The position numbers were made by a program, and so were the translations under genes. Source: an uncultured Planctomycetia bacterium (lineage in GTDB: Bacteria; Omnitrophota; Gorgyraeia; Pluralincolimonadales; Pluralincolimonadaceae). From it: a stretch of DNA of 64,000 nt. Position 1 is the stretch's first letter, and each line of letters begins with the position of its first letter. Positions 18,445-27,603 of this stretch are shown one piece after another. The stretch covers positions 68,674 through 132,673 of the forward strand of contig CAZAEH010000001.1 in assembly GCA_964484255.1 (NCBI GenBank), written 5' to 3'. The notes beneath the pieces are model-generated. The model did not search any database, was not told where the DNA came from, and saw nothing but the letters and a program-made list of their open reading frames with translations.

Positions 18445-19114
18445 GTGGCCTTACTACGCCAAAGTGTGATTGCCAGCCTATGTCCTTCTTGCCAACACAA
18501 ATAGTGCACGTCCCTACCGGAGGGTTGCCTCGCAACATCAGGTTGTCTCCGGCATCGGGCATCTCCTCCACCCTCCTGACAAGCGCATCTATACCTATAC
18601 CTCTAAGAGCGTCCACTTCTTTTATCCAGACTTTGGGCGCGGCCTCCATTATCCTGGCGCGGAAAACCTCCCTCTCCGCCTGTGATATAAGATCTATCTT
18701 GGTGACTACCGCTATATCGGACAGGCTCAACATGGGGCCGACCTTCCTTGGCAGGTTCATTCCGCTTGTGGCCTCAAGCACCACTATCCCCAACCCTCCG
18801 TCCGCATAAGGGGAACAGCGCAGGCAAAGTCCGGCCGTCTCCACTATAAGGAATTCGCATCCTGCGCGCTTCGCCCACTGCATCGCATCTCCCAGCACCA
18901 TTACATTGCAGTGGTCCGGGCAAAGTTCTCCCGAGTAGGTCTTCTTGGTCGGTATACCGAACTCCTTGGCGAGGATTTCGTCCTCATCCGCGTACTGGAC
19001 ATCTATCTTTAAATAAGCTACGGTTTTACCGTCCGCCAGGAGCTTACGGATAACGTGCCTTAAAACGGATGTCTTGCCCGTCGTGGCGGTACCCGCGCAA
19101 ATGATCAGTTTCAT
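18413..19114 (-). CDS. P-loop NTPase of the SIMIBI/G3E type (HypB/UreG/MobB-like) with several Cys pairs
   Basis: Walker A CAGTATTGKTS, VETAG and TKIDL motifs. CPDHC, CLRC and CTIC motifs. Confidence 0.6.
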   Translation of the reverse strand: MKLIICAGTATTGKTSVLRHVIRKLLADGKTVAYLKIDVQYADEDEILAKEFGIPTKKTYSGELCPDHCNVMVLGDAMQWAKRAGCEFLIVETAGLCLRCSPYADGGLGIVVLEATSGMNLPRKVGPMLSLSDIAVVTKIDLISQAEREVFRARIMEAAPKVWIKEVDALRGIGIDALVRRVEEMPDAGDNLMLRGNPPVGTCTICVGKKDIGWQSHFGVVRPLEEQTFYRGE

Positions 19115-19896
19115 ATGGCCACCTCCAGGTCTTCGTCCATCAATTGGTCTCCCACGCGTATTTTTTCGCGCAGCTTATGCATGATATCGTCGACTATGCG
19201 GATCTTCTTAGATAACGTCCTCTCTTCCTCGTTCGATCTCAGGACTTTTACCATCATGCCTTTCCGCATCACTATGCGGATGTCTGAAAGCAGCGCTATA
19301 TACGGGTCATGGGTCACAAATATGAATATCTTCCTGTATTTCCTGAGTAAATCCAAGGCGTGGGTGCGGTGGATACCGGCATTCTCTATTTCGTCGAGCA
19401 GTATTATCGGCGAATTGCCGATAACGACCGCGTCGGCTATGAGCAGGGCGCGTGTCTGGCCGCCCGAAAGCTCGGTCATGCGGGAATCCCTGGATATCGG
19501 TTCGCCCGTAAGCTGATTGGCGAACGCAAGGGTCTCAGAAACTATTCCTTCGGCCTGTACCGTGCTCGAACTGCGTATCCCCGCATGTATGGTCAGAAAA
19601 TCATGCACGGGAAGGTCGGAAAGGAAGTTCGTATGCTGCGTTATGGCGGCTACCGGGTTCCTTGACGGGTCTTCCCTGTACTCCTGCAATGGCGCAACAC
19701 CGTTTACCAGGACCTTGCGTTTTGTCGGGGTAAAACCGTCCGCGAACAACTGTATCTCATTGATCAGGGTGGTCTTTCCCGATCCGGTTGGGCCCACGAT
19801 ACTTATAACGTCCCCCATCCTGAACTTGACCGAACGGACAGGCTCCTCTTCCCCGCTCCTGCCGTTACCTCCAATAATACTTATCTCTTCTATCAT
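19111..19896 (-). CDS. Soluble ABC-type ATPase with no cognate permease
   Basis: GPTGSGKTT, LSGGQ, ILLLDE and THD motifs. Confidence 0.75.
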   Translation of the reverse strand: MIEEISIIGGNGRSGEEEPVRSVKFRMGDVISIVGPTGSGKTTLINEIQLFADGFTPTKRKVLVNGVAPLQEYREDPSRNPVAAITQHTNFLSDLPVHDFLTIHAGIRSSSTVQAEGIVSETLAFANQLTGEPISRDSRMTELSGGQTRALLIADAVVIGNSPIILLDEIENAGIHRTHALDLLRKYRKIFIFVTHDPYIALLSDIRIVMRKGMMVKVLRSNEEERTLSKKIRIVDDIMHKLREKIRVGDQLMDEDLEVAI

Positions 19897-19944
19897 TTTA
19901 CCCCCTTTTCCTATTGTATTAGTAGGATAACAATCTAAAAAAAA

Positions 19945-20349
19945 TCAGACCAAGTCCTTAAGGGTCGTCTTCTCGAGTTTTACGGATATATAGTCCCTGA
20001 TCTCCTTCATGAGTTTCGTAAGCTTCTTCTCCTTCTCTATTATGGTAGGCTTGTAGAAATGCACGCTTACCGAATCCACCGGAGCAAGCGGCCCGTCAAA
20101 AAGCCTTATGACCTGGGCTACGGTTATCTGCCCGGGTTTTCTTGCCAGCTTGTAGCCGCCCTTTTGCCCCTTCGAACTCGACACCAGCCCTGCCCTTAAC
20201 ATGGTATGCATTATATGCTCCATGTACTTGAACGGCAGTTTTTGTTCCTCGGTTATTCTGGAAAGCGGGATAAGTTCCCCGTTCGCCGAGTGACGGCTGA
20301 GGTACAAAAGAGCAAGCAAAGCATATTCACTGTGCGTAGTAAGTCTCAT
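19945..20349 (-). CDS. Rrf2 (BadM/IscR/NsrR) family transcriptional regulator
   Basis: Typical Rrf2 N-terminal wHTH (MRLTTHSEYALLALLYL...). Confidence 0.85.
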   Translation of the reverse strand: MRLTTHSEYALLALLYLSRHSANGELIPLSRITEEQKLPFKYMEHIMHTMLRAGLVSSSKGQKGGYKLARKPGQITVAQVIRLFDGPLAPVDSVSVHFYKPTIIEKEKKLTKLMKEIRDYISVKLEKTTLKDLV

Positions 20350-20370
20350 TACCTACCTTCCTTGTATGGA

Positions 20371-20425
20371 TTATATTATGGCGAAGAAAGGCCTGTCAAC
20401 AAAAATCGTTCATTATTTGAACGAT
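20371..20425 (-). promoter_or_regulatory. Sigma70-like promoter (TTGACA-N18-TATAAT) for the Rrf2 operon, preceded by palindrome ATCGTTCA-N5-TGAACGAT
   Basis: Read in minus sense. The palindrome overlaps the stop codon of the upstream oxidoreductase gene and is followed by TTTTT, so it may also act as a terminator. Confidence 0.5.
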
Positions 20426-20988
20426 ATGGTATCCAGCTCCCGAAGCATCTTTTCCCGTTCGTCGCTGGAGACCGCTGGGACTGCATGGAAGAACTTATGG
20501 AGGGTTACTTTGATCCCGCAAAGGCTGAAAATCCCTATATCCATGGTCTTGGCCAGGGCATCCTTAAACCCGTTATCCCTGTAATCTTCTTCTGTGCCGC
20601 CTGTCGTGTTTATTATGACCGCTCTCTTATCCGTAAAGAGGCCCTTAAGGCCGTTTTTATCCGAAGTGTAGGCAAAGCCGTAGGAGAAGACTCTGTCGAT
20701 ATAGCCCTTCAATACCGCCGGCTGCCCGAACCACCAGATAGGATGGATAAAAATAATCGTCTCACAAGCCCTTATATAGTCCTGTTCCTTCCTGATGTCT
20801 TCCGGAGTCTTGCCCGCCTTAAAAGCAACGAGATCGGCGCCTTTAAGAACCGGGTCGAACCCGAAGGCATATAGGTCCCTTGTCTCGACTTCATTGCCTT
20901 CGCTCTTCAGCTTAGTTTCAATCTTTTCTTTGATGGCATGGTTGAAACTTTTAGGGTTAGGATGAGCATAAATTATAAGGTATTTCAA
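20413..20988 (-). CDS. NAD(P)H-dependent oxidoreductase, flavodoxin-like fold (NQO1/KefF-like)
   Basis: MKYLIIYAHPNPKSFNHA N-terminus. Confidence 0.8.
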   Translation of the reverse strand: MKYLIIYAHPNPKSFNHAIKEKIETKLKSEGNEVETRDLYAFGFDPVLKGADLVAFKAGKTPEDIRKEQDYIRACETIIFIHPIWWFGQPAVLKGYIDRVFSYGFAYTSDKNGLKGLFTDKRAVIINTTGGTEEDYRDNGFKDALAKTMDIGIFSLCGIKVTLHKFFHAVPAVSSDEREKMLRELDTISFK

Positions 20989-22382
20989 TTCATATCCTCC
21001 TTCCCGAATACCTCGAACTCATATAGTGAATATCCGTACTTAGTGCTGCGCTCCGTTCCATACATACGCACATATCTTCCCGTGGCGTTAAGGCCGGTTA
21101 TCTCTTCGGTGCTGCCTGCGCCTTTTTCCGTGGAATATACCGTCATCCATTCTTTAGCATCATCGGAGACCTGTATCTTATACGCCTTGCCCGAGGCAGT
21201 CTCCCATTCCAGGCGTATCGCTTCTATGTCACACGGCTTGCCCAGGTCCACATACATCCATTGCGGATCGAAGAACTCGGATGACCACCTGCTGTTCATA
21301 TCGCCATCGGTAGCATAATTCGCCGGCATGGATTCGTTCTCCGACGAGGAAGCCACAGCCTCTTTGCCCCTCGAAATAAGCTTGGGGGCATCGGGATCCG
21401 TGACAAAATCCGCCGATATTTTCTTATGCTTCGTCATTATTATCCGTGCCGGGTTCCCTGCCCCAAGCGAAGGATCTCCCTGCCAGCCTGCGAACTTATA
21501 GCCTATCTTCGGGACCGCGGTAAGCTTCACTTTCTCTCCCTTGCCGTATCTGGGTAGGCGGGGATCAACACATATCTTACCATTCCCGGATGACGTCATC
21601 AGAAAATATGTCCCGGGTATTTCCTTGGCATAGACACGGACATAATCTATCTCGTGGTACTGGGGAAAAACAGTCGTGGCATCGGGATTTCCGGGCATTA
21701 TCCCTCCCACCGCGGTGTTAAGGATTATGTAAAAGGGCTCTTTCGGGACGTTGCGGGATACGGAAGACCTTTCCACGCCGTCTATATACCAGCGGAGCTC
21801 TTCCTCATCCCACTCAAGGGCAAAGACATGGAAATCCCGGGTATAGTCCGGACCGGAGTATACTTTGGTGTCATACCTGTTATGCGGCCATACGCCGTAA
21901 TGGTTGGTCATGTGTATAACGTTCGGCTTGTTCCCTACCAGTTCCATTATGTCTATCTCCGGAGGCCAGGAACCGCGTTCAGGCATCATCCAATGCGCCG
22001 GCCATAGGCCCTTGGTCCCGGGCAACTTGGCCCTCACCTCCACCCTGCCGTACTGGAAGGTAAACCTGCCCTTTGTCTCAACCAACCCCGACGTATAAGG
22101 ACGCCCTCCCATGCGCTGCTTAGCGCTCTTCAATATCAGCTTGCCGTCCTTGAGATAAACGTTCTTCGGGGTATAATATTGCTGTTCGTTGTTCTTGACC
22201 AACGCCGCGTCTTCAACATACCATTTGGACTTGTCGATCCTGTCCCCGTTAAATTCATCGCTCCAGATAAGGTACCAGCCCTTTATGCCGGGAGCAGCTG
22301 CCTTATTCTGGACAGCCGATTCTGACGCTTGCGGAAGCAGCAGAGATAATAAAACAACGATGTAAGCGATCTTTTTGCGCAT
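20985..22382 (-). CDS. GH16 beta-glucanase with Ig-like repeat and C-terminal F5/8 type C (discoidin/CBM32-like) domain
   Basis: EIDIMELVG catalytic motif (ExDxxE). Discoidin-type C-terminal region. Signal peptide. Confidence 0.8.
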   Translation of the reverse strand: MRKKIAYIVVLLSLLLPQASESAVQNKAAAPGIKGWYLIWSDEFNGDRIDKSKWYVEDAALVKNNEQQYYTPKNVYLKDGKLILKSAKQRMGGRPYTSGLVETKGRFTFQYGRVEVRAKLPGTKGLWPAHWMMPERGSWPPEIDIMELVGNKPNVIHMTNHYGVWPHNRYDTKVYSGPDYTRDFHVFALEWDEEELRWYIDGVERSSVSRNVPKEPFYIILNTAVGGIMPGNPDATTVFPQYHEIDYVRVYAKEIPGTYFLMTSSGNGKICVDPRLPRYGKGEKVKLTAVPKIGYKFAGWQGDPSLGAGNPARIIMTKHKKISADFVTDPDAPKLISRGKEAVASSSENESMPANYATDGDMNSRWSSEFFDPQWMYVDLGKPCDIEAIRLEWETASGKAYKIQVSDDAKEWMTVYSTEKGAGSTEEITGLNATGRYVRMYGTERSTKYGYSLYEFEVFGKEDMN

Positions 22383-23411
22383 TTAGATTTTGAACTCCCT
22401 CAAGAACTTCGCCGATTCCTCGGGAAGAGCCACGTTTATGCTTATGCCTGAACCTATCTCAAAACCTGCGGGTGTCGTCAAACGCGGCATTATCTGTATG
22501 TGCCAATGGTAATAGGGCCCGGACGACGAATAATGCGGTGCCGATCTTATGCAATAATTATAATCGGGGTTATTCATGCCGTGGTAGAACTTCTCAAGGA
22601 CATCATGCAATATTTGCGACAGGGGCTCTATATCATCCGGCTGCAGGTCTGCAAAAGTCGTCTGGTGCTCCAGGGGAACTATCCATGTCTCATAGGGAAA
22701 TACCGGCGCATACGGGACAAAGGCTACAAATTTCTCATTCTGCATAACAAGCCTTTCCTTATCGGCCAGTTCCGCTTTGACCATATCACAGAATACGCAC
22801 CTGCCCAACTCCTCGTAGTACCTCTGGGCTTCCATAAGGGCATATCGCATATGTAAAGGAACAAGGGAAGCAGCCACGATCTGTGAATGCGGGTGGACCT
22901 GGGAAGCTCCGGCCCTCCCTCCGTTATTACGGAATATTATAACGAGTTTATATGCAGGGTCCCAGTCAAGTACCATGTATCTCTCCTGGTAGGCCCTTAT
23001 TATCCTTGAGACCTCCTCTATACTCATAGTTGCTATGGTCTTATTATGTATGGGGCTTTCTACCACGACCTCATGCTTGCCTATTCCCTCCATGTGCAGG
23101 TACATGCCCGATTTATGCCTTTTGACTTCAATAGAATCACCTGCTTGCGGCGGAACAAGGGCAGGGAATTTATTCGGTATTACCTTTACATGCCAGCCTT
23201 TTCCCCCCGGCTTAGTGCCGGGGGCGCGCAAAGAGAATATTTCCTCGTCACCGGGTTTTTCGTTGCCTTCGCAGAAAGGGCACTTAGGGTCATAGGCGGG
23301 ATGTTCGATGGCCGTCTCGACGGACTTTTTGAAATCCTCGGGTCTCTTGGCGCGCTCTGTAGCAATTATAACCCATCTTTTAGTCGCAGGATTTTCCCTT
23401 ATCTCCGGCAT
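22383..23411 (-). CDS. galT: Galactose-1-phosphate uridylyltransferase
   Basis: CPFC zinc motif and HPHSQI active-site motif. Confidence 0.8.
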   Translation of the reverse strand: MPEIRENPATKRWVIIATERAKRPEDFKKSVETAIEHPAYDPKCPFCEGNEKPGDEEIFSLRAPGTKPGGKGWHVKVIPNKFPALVPPQAGDSIEVKRHKSGMYLHMEGIGKHEVVVESPIHNKTIATMSIEEVSRIIRAYQERYMVLDWDPAYKLVIIFRNNGGRAGASQVHPHSQIVAASLVPLHMRYALMEAQRYYEELGRCVFCDMVKAELADKERLVMQNEKFVAFVPYAPVFPYETWIVPLEHQTTFADLQPDDIEPLSQILHDVLEKFYHGMNNPDYNYCIRSAPHYSSSGPYYHWHIQIMPRLTTPAGFEIGSGISINVALPEESAKFLREFKI

Positions 23412-24329
23412 CTACTTTTCTCCTTTTTCCCTGATCAATAAAGAAGCTATTACGGATAAAAAAAGGGTGCCGAATACAGCCGCTAAAGATATAGTTATGG
23501 GTATTTCGTAAAAATTGGACATAAGCATTTTTATTCCCACGAAACACAATATAACCGATATACCTATTTTAAGGAACCTGAACAGTCCCATCATTCCGGA
23601 GATCACGAAAAACAACGAACGCAGACCCAGTATGGCAAATATGTTGGAGGTATACACGATGAAAGGGTCGGTGGTTATTGCCAGGACGGCAGGTATTGAG
23701 TCCATCGCGAATATAACATCGCTTGACTCGATAAGGAGCAGCGCAATGAATAATGGGGTCGCCGACCATAGGCCAGCATGTGATATAAAGAAACGGTCGC
23801 CGTGGTAATCCGTGCTGACCCGGAAGAACTTCCTGAAAAGGCGCAGGACGGGATTCTTTTCGGGATCGAACTTCTCTTCCCTGCGAAAGGCAAGTTTCCA
23901 TGCTGTAAATATCAACAGGGCGCCGAAAACATAGATTATCCAGTCAAAAGCCCTGAAGAGCCCGACTCCAACCGTAATGAACAGGGCCCTCATTATTATC
24001 GCGCCCAGTATCCCCCATTTGAGCACCCTCGGCTGGTAAGAGTCCGGTATCCTGAAGTACTCGAATATCATTATGAACACGAAGAGGTTGTCCACACTCA
24101 GGGATTCTTCTATTACATATCCCGTCAGGAATTCGAGGGCTTTTGTTCTGCCGAGCAGGAGATATATCCCCGCGCAGAAGAGCAGTGCTGCAGAGACCCA
24201 GACAGCCACCCACGCAAGGGCTTCTTTTAACCTGACGGCATGGGACTTCCTGTTGAGGACAAAAAGATCGAAATACATCATGGCCGATACCACCGCGGTG
24301 AATATAACCCAAAGCTCTGCCCTGACCAT
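23412..24329 (-). CDS. TerC family integral membrane protein
   Basis: Multi-TM protein with TerC-type conserved acidic motifs. Confidence 0.7.
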   Translation of the reverse strand: MVRAELWVIFTAVVSAMMYFDLFVLNRKSHAVRLKEALAWVAVWVSAALLFCAGIYLLLGRTKALEFLTGYVIEESLSVDNLFVFIMIFEYFRIPDSYQPRVLKWGILGAIIMRALFITVGVGLFRAFDWIIYVFGALLIFTAWKLAFRREEKFDPEKNPVLRLFRKFFRVSTDYHGDRFFISHAGLWSATPLFIALLLIESSDVIFAMDSIPAVLAITTDPFIVYTSNIFAILGLRSLFFVISGMMGLFRFLKIGISVILCFVGIKMLMSNFYEIPITISLAAVFGTLFLSVIASLLIREKGEK

Positions 24330-25097
24330 CTATTTGTCCTGTCTCCCCGAACAAGCGGGGCAGTTTTTGTCAGTCAATACCCTAAGCAACTTGAAGTTCC
24401 CGGTCTTTGCGTCGTATCTCAATAATTTCCCCGATAAAGTCTCGCCAATACCCGTAAGGAATTTGAGCGCTTCAGTAGCCTGTATGGCCCCGATAGAACC
24501 CGGGACAGAGCCCAATAACCCGGCCTCTTCGGGAGGCAGTACCATGCCCGGTGCAGGAGGTTTGGGAAAAATACAGCGATAACAAGGGCCTTTACCCGGG
24601 ACCACAACGGTAACCTGGCCTTCCCACCTGTATACCCCTCCCATCACAACGGGTTTGCCGGACTTAACACATGTATCATTGACAAGGTATTTGGTGGCAA
24701 AATTATCCGAACATTCGATCACGATATCATAATCCTTAATGATGCTACCTATGTTCCTGCCATCCAGGCGGACATTATAAGTGGTAAATTTTACGTCGGG
24801 ATTAAGTGATGAGAGCCTTTTGTAAGCAAGCGTTACCTTGGGGGCCCCCGTTTCATCGAAGGAATACAGGACTTGCCTGTGGAGATTGGAAAGATCGAGA
24901 TCATCAGAGTCCACCAGACCTATCCTTCCGACCCCGCACGATGTCAGGTATAGGGCTACAGGGGAACCCAGCCCTCCGACCCCAACAATAAGCGCGGATG
25001 AAGACAATAGCTTAGACTGGCCCTGCCTGCCTATATCAGAAAAATTGATATGTCTCCTGTATCTCTCAACCTGGTCCGCCGAAAGTTCAGGTGACAT
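24330..25097 (-). CDS. MoeB/ThiF-family E1-like adenylyltransferase
   Basis: GVGGLGSPVALYLTSCGVG nucleotide-binding motif. C-terminal CxxC. Confidence 0.85.
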   Translation of the reverse strand: MSPELSADQVERYRRHINFSDIGRQGQSKLLSSSALIVGVGGLGSPVALYLTSCGVGRIGLVDSDDLDLSNLHRQVLYSFDETGAPKVTLAYKRLSSLNPDVKFTTYNVRLDGRNIGSIIKDYDIVIECSDNFATKYLVNDTCVKSGKPVVMGGVYRWEGQVTVVVPGKGPCYRCIFPKPPAPGMVLPPEEAGLLGSVPGSIGAIQATEALKFLTGIGETLSGKLLRYDAKTGNFKLLRVLTDKNCPACSGRQDK

Positions 25098-25485
25098 CTA
25101 CGACCTCCTCGCTTACCGAACCGGATGCTATCTTGAACGAACGAATCTCGGGCATTTTATCGGCTAAAGATATTATAAGATAAGAACAGCCGGCATGGGC
25201 GGAAAGTTTTATGTCCAGCAAAGAAGGATAGGCCCGGGTATGCGGATGTGAGTGGTATATGCCCACCATCTCAAAACCGTCGGATCTTATCCGCTTCTGG
25301 ACCTCAAACTGTTCCCCGGCGGAAAATGAGTACCTGTCCTCCGCTTTTTCGGCATTTGTCATCCTATATAACTTGAAGACCTTACCGTCCCTACCTGCTA
25401 ATATACCGCACGCCTCGTTCGGGAAGGAACCCCTGGCATGCCGGATGATATCATCCAAGTGGGCCCCGCTCAATGAAAGTTTCAT
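25087..25485 (-). CDS. JAMM/MPN+ (Mov34) metalloprotease
   Basis: HSHPHTRAYPSLLD JAMM motif. Start taken at MKLSLSG. The longer ORF would overlap the PiT gene. Confidence 0.75.
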   Translation of the reverse strand: MKLSLSGAHLDDIIRHARGSFPNEACGILAGRDGKVFKLYRMTNAEKAEDRYSFSAGEQFEVQKRIRSDGFEMVGIYHSHPHTRAYPSLLDIKLSAHAGCSYLIISLADKMPEIRSFKIASGSVSEEVVDVT

Positions 25486-26456
25486 TTCAGCACTACGCCA
25501 AGAATACGTAATAGGGAGTAGGTCAACATCGAGGACAAGAACGGTACTACGACCCATATAAGGGCGATCTTGATGAAGTGGTGCCGCTTCAGGCTCTGTA
25601 TTATTCCCATATCGGCACAGCGCAGACCGATAAGACCGGAGGTTACGGTAACAGACACCGACAACGGAATTCCGTTCATCGAGGCTGTCAATAATGCCAC
25701 AGCGCATATCAGTTCTATGACAATAGCCCTGACCAGCCCGATCTCCCCCATCTCCTTTTCGCCCTTTTCGAGAGCGCTTTTACCGAAGATCAGGGCACCG
25801 GCAGCGATACCAAGGCCTCCCAGGAGCAGGGACCACTCCCTCCCCGCAAATCCTGCCGCTACTACCGGGGCCATCGCTTTCCCGACGCCATTCGCCCCTC
25901 CGGCAAAAGCCACAAAACATCCGGAAAAAGTCAATAAGGCGCCTAGAAAACCTTTTATCCTATCCTCGTCCTTGAGATACCTGAAATACCCCGCCGGTTT
26001 GGATACAAGAATCCGTCCGGCAAAAAAAGCTATGCCAAAAACCGCTATAGGGGATATAAACCACCATTCGAGGACATCGACGAACTTCTCGGTGTTCAGG
26101 GTCTCAAAATATATACCGGTAGCTGCTATTGAGGAGACTATGGCGTATGAGGTTGGTATCGGGACCTTGAACAGGTTGGATACGAAATCAAAAGCCGCAG
26201 CCACAGCCATGACAACGAAGACCACATAGAACACGGACTTGAATGTCCTGGCAGGCACAACGCCGTCGCTCAGGGTCTTGAGAACGGGCAAACCGGAAAT
26301 TATAGCTCCAAGGATGACGAAGATCGCAATGAGGGCAACAGCCTCTTTTTTCGTACGGACACCGGTCCTGTATGCGGCTTCCATTTCCGCCGCCGCATTG
26401 TTGGCGCCCACGTTCATCGCGAGGAATATGGCAATAAGGACCGTCAGGAACATCAT
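25482..26456 (-). CDS. PiT-family inorganic phosphate transporter
   Basis: NVGANNAA (GANDVAN-like) motif. Multi-TM protein. Confidence 0.7.
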   Translation of the reverse strand: MMFLTVLIAIFLAMNVGANNAAAEMEAAYRTGVRTKKEAVALIAIFVILGAIISGLPVLKTLSDGVVPARTFKSVFYVVFVVMAVAAAFDFVSNLFKVPIPTSYAIVSSIAATGIYFETLNTEKFVDVLEWWFISPIAVFGIAFFAGRILVSKPAGYFRYLKDEDRIKGFLGALLTFSGCFVAFAGGANGVGKAMAPVVAAGFAGREWSLLLGGLGIAAGALIFGKSALEKGEKEMGEIGLVRAIVIELICAVALLTASMNGIPLSVSVTVTSGLIGLRCADMGIIQSLKRHHFIKIALIWVVVPFLSSMLTYSLLRILGVVLK

Positions 26457-26469
26457 CGCGCCTTAAACC

Positions 26470-26811
26470 TCATTCGCCGGACCTGACCAGGTATTTGCCG
26501 TCGAAATACAGGTACTGTGTCTTCGTGAGGTATCCCTCATCGACCGGAAGTTGATTATAACGCCCGTAATAAGTCCATCTTTCCCTGGCATTCTTCCACT
26601 TGCCGGTATCGTCATATTCCTTTAGGTCGGGTTCACCCCACTGTGCCAACACCTGGTCTTTTGTAAGGCCAGGCCTTAACATCGACGTACCAAAAGGATG
26701 CTGTATTATCTTTTTCGGTGAGGGAGGGTCTATGCCGGCGCAGCCTGTTATAACGATCAGAACCGACAACAATACAAGGAATGCGGTGATCCTTCCCGAC
26801 GAATTTGGCAT
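26470..26811 (-). CDS. Lipoprotein, hypothetical
   Basis: Signal peptide with ITGCAG lipobox. Confidence 0.5.
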   Translation of the reverse strand: MPNSSGRITAFLVLLSVLIVITGCAGIDPPSPKKIIQHPFGTSMLRPGLTKDQVLAQWGEPDLKEYDDTGKWKNARERWTYYGRYNQLPVDEGYLTKTQYLYFDGKYLVRSGE

Positions 26812-26814
26812 TTA

Positions 26815-27603
26815 TTACCTCCGTTTCTTTAGGATGAGGTTTGTCCTAATTTGCTTGATATTATAGGCCCCTTTACTGCCAAAGTCAAAATTATAAAACC
26901 TGCGGATAAGCTCAAAAGACCCCTGCCTCTCAACAATACCGCAAAATTCATCCTCCTCAAGCAATCTGGTAACGGCCCTGGAAACCAGCGTGCGGGGCTC
27001 CCGCACGCCGCTTACTTTGAAGATCAGCTCGTCCTCAAAGGTCCTGACCACAGGATCGAACGTTTCTCCGTGCTGAAGATATCTGGCTTCTACCGTCGTT
27101 CCTCCCCTCTCCTGTGTCCAGGAGACGTCCTCCCATTCGACCGGGGATCCGGCAACAGGCATCCATAAGTCAATAAAGTAGATACCGCCCTTATCCAGGG
27201 ATCCTGAAACGGCACCAAGGTGGCTCGATATGTCCTCATCCGTAAGCATATACCTGAACGAATCCAGCATACAAATGGCAAAAGAATATTTTCCGGGAAT
27301 GGCGAATCTCTTCATGTCAGAGACCCTGCATTCTGCGGCCAGGCTCCCTGCAGCCGAACACTTCTTGACATATGCGGCCATCTCGGACGATCTGTCTATC
27401 CCGCAGGCTTCGTAGCCGCGTCTGGCGAACTCCCTTAAATGGATGCCGGTTCCGCAGGCTATGTCGAGTATGCGTCGGCTTTTCCCTGAGGAAAACTTCG
27501 CGGCGCATGCTTCTATAAAATCGCATTCGCCGGTGCGTCCCCAGTCGTAGGCTATATCACAATATTCCGGGTAGGAGTACGCATCCTTCATCCCAATCCG
27601 CAC
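26815..27603 (-). CDS. Class I SAM-dependent methyltransferase
   Basis: ILDIACGTGIH motif. Confidence 0.75.
   Translation of the reverse strand: MRIGMKDAYSYPEYCDIAYDWGRTGECDFIEACAAKFSSGKSRRILDIACGTGIHLREFARRGYEACGIDRSSEMAAYVKKCSAAGSLAAECRVSDMKRFAIPGKYSFAICMLDSFRYMLTDEDISSHLGAVSGSLDKGGIYFIDLWMPVAGSPVEWEDVSWTQERGGTTVEARYLQHGETFDPVVRTFEDELIFKVSGVREPRTLVSRAVTRLLEEDEFCGIVERQGSFELIRRFYNFDFGSKGAYNIKQIRTNLILKKRR

Noticed and set aside
25486-25707. N-terminal 74-aa extension of the JAMM ORF
   Set aside because: It would overlap the PiT transporter gene by about 225 nt in another frame. The conserved MPN domain begins at the internal Met (MKLSLSG), which makes a 4-nt ATGA overlap typical of coupled genes.
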